A stretch of 64,000 bases of DNA, taken from the NCBI GenBank assembly GCA_951406725.2, contig OX597818.1, positions 107,942,001-108,006,000 of the forward strand, read 5' to 3'. The notes under the pieces were generated by a model. It ran no database searches. It saw only the letters and a list, made by a program, of their open reading frames with translations, and was not told where the DNA came from. Shown piece after piece: positions 61,871-64,000 of this stretch. Position 1 is the stretch's first letter. Every line of letters begins with the position of its first letter. Made by a program: the position numbers and the translations under genes. The DNA comes from Octopus vulgaris (Eukaryota).

Positions 61871-62379
61871 TACGAGGGTGAGTCAAAAAATAATGCTGCC
61901 ATTTTGTTTAGGACAGGTATAATTACCAACACAGGAACATGTATAATACATCAAAATGAAGCTGGCCCTCTGTGGATCACATCCTTTCTTCTCAACATGG
62001 TCACTGTTTCTCTCAATAGCAAAGCTCCACCTCTGAATGAGAGCATGTGTCCCTGCCCAATAAAATTCTGTTGACTGTCCTTTGGGCCACCTCTTCACTA
62101 CAGTTTTCACTTCCTCGTTACTGATGATCTTAAAGTCTAGAGTTTGATTCCTGGCATTGTGTTGTGTAGCGAAGAAGTGGCTCAAAGTACAGACAACAGA
62201 ATTTTATGGGGCAGGGATACATGCTCTCATTAGAAGGTGGAACATTGCTATTGAGAGAAACGATGACTATGTTGAGAAGTAGGGATGTGATCCACAGAGG
62301 ACCAGCTTCGTTTTGATGTATGATACATGTTCCTGTGTTGGTAATTATGCCTGTCCTAAACTTTTTGACTCACCTCATG
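61871..62379. mobile_element. Palindromic mariner-derived MITE built from two inverted transposase 3' ends
   Basis: TIRs TACGAGGGTGAGTCAAAAA / TTTTTGACTCACCTCATG; each arm encodes the mariner C-terminus (SNEEVKTVVKRW...EFY.AG.HALI.RW..AIERN.D.VEK). Confidence 0.88.
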
Positions 62380-62466
62380 GTATGTTATGGCACAATATGT
62401 CACTATACACCGTGTTACAGTACAGTGTTATGTTACAATATGATGTTACTGTTATGAAATCATGTG

Positions 62467-62795
62467 TGAAGGCACGTGGCTTAGTGGTTAGTGTGTTGGA
62501 CTGATGATCTTAAAGTCTAGAGTTTGATTCCTGGCATTGTGTTGTGTCCTTCAGCAAGACACTTTATTTTCCATTTCTCCAGTCTGCTCAGCTGGCAAAA
62601 GTGACTTGTACCTGTATTTGAACGGTCCAGCCTTGTTACGTACTGTGTAGTGCTGAATCACCCTGAGAACAACATTAAGGATATGTGTATCTGTGGTGTA
62701 CTCAGCCACCTGCACATTAATTTAAGGAGTAAGCTGTTCTATTGATTGAATCAACTGGAATATTGATCATTATAACTGACAGAGTGCCAGCTTTT
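62467..62795 (+). mobile_element. tRNA-derived SINE family D-like
   Basis: A box TGGCTTAGTGG, B box GAGTTTGATTCC, TGTGTTGTGTCCTTCAGCAAGACACTT. Confidence 0.75.
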
Positions 62796-63341
62796 TTGTG
62801 GGGTCAGCCTTTATTGAGAATGATTTATGGTAAGTTGGCAACCAGAAAATGATTGAAGGACTTACGGATCCATAAAGAAAAACAAGATTAATTGAAACAA
62901 AATGATATTAGTGCTATAGAATGAATGCTTCCAAACAGCTTGGGGTTAATGTGGTCTGCAGTTTAGGGATATTTGGCAGTTTAGCCATAGAAGGAAGTCT
63001 ACGAAGCGCCAAATGTTAATGAGTTTTGTGTGTATTATTGGGTGAAGGATACTTGTAGAGGATGTTTTAGACTAGATAGATAAAAGTTAGTGGAGTTGTA
63101 GACTCTGAAACAGAAAGGGAATAACCAGAACACTGACATTTCTTTGGGCAAACAGAAGAGTGAAGAATGTAGAAGAGAGATCAGCAAAAGTGTTGAAGAC
63201 TTTATGGTAAGTGTGAAAGAAAGTTTTACAAACCATTCTGTGGAATGTATTGATTCAGTTTGAAATTTTGTTGAAGTCAAAGTTATCTTGGAAAGCAGCG
63301 TCTTAAAATATAGAAATTGGTTTTAATCCCCATGCCGTGCT

Positions 63342-63385
<44 letters not shown>

Positions 63386-64000
63386 GTTTATGCTGTAGCT
63401 GTTGTTTAGCCCCAGGCAAGATCAGACCAAGTAAACTTGATATCTAAGTTGAATTGTATTCCTTCCCAAGTTGAAACAACTTTAATGAGGTAAATAACTA
63501 CAGGCAAAACACTTGCTTAAGCACCTCATACAAGATTTTCACAGAAATCTTGACTAGGTACACAAAGCCATGCTAATTGGAATGGTCTGTAAGATAGCAG
63601 CAGTCACATTCCAGCCAAGACTTGGTACAGTAAACAATTGTTAATAAATTACACATGATTAATTACTTGTTAATACAATCCACATCACTATTGATTATTA
63701 ATATATTATATGTAATTATTCATGTTTAATTCCTTACATATGATTATTAATTATTAATACATTACAATTAATTGCTAAATATAAATGTATCCAAGATGAA
63801 GTCAGAAACTTGACTATAGTTTACTATGACAACCATAAAGTCTATGATACGATGCATCAGAATTGAATCCTGTTGGTAAATGAGTGTAAAAGATGCAAGG
63901 CTCAAAGCAAATGGTGCTTTCAAAGAAATCTCATTTAACATTGCCATAATTTTATAGCAGATTCTTGATTTCCTGTTCCAGTCTAGAGATTATCTCAGCT

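Overview
This is AT-rich eukaryotic non-coding DNA (intergenic or deep intronic). The dense (TA)n/(TG)n/(TATG)n/(AAT)n/(CAT)n microsatellites and the SINE repertoire suggest an octopus or other coleoid cephalopod genome; that assignment is an inference from repeat content. I find no supportable host protein-coding gene. The long ORFs are microsatellite artefacts or decayed transposon fragments. Content: four SINE families, remnants of RTE, CR1/L2, R4/Dong-like, HERO-like and possibly Tx1/L1 LINEs, two DD37D (maT) transposon relics, a KRBA2/Ginger-like fragment, hAT, piggyBac, pogo and mariner MITEs, and several long foldback palindromes. The most notable signal is a set of type I hammerhead ribozyme motifs (CUGAUGA...GAAA...UH, mostly with short palindromic stem III) in several unrelated short non-coding repeat families with Penelope-like pLTR or retrozyme architecture. 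They include one intact-looking motif downstream of a CRE+TATA pair (49.9-50.0 kb), a 510-bp tandem-plus-inverted array with two copies (46.7-47.75 kb), and a composite tRNA-SINE head + (AAT)n + hammerhead element present twice (14.0-14.4 and 18.3-19.0 kb). All folds were done by eye and need Infernal, folding and cleavage tests.
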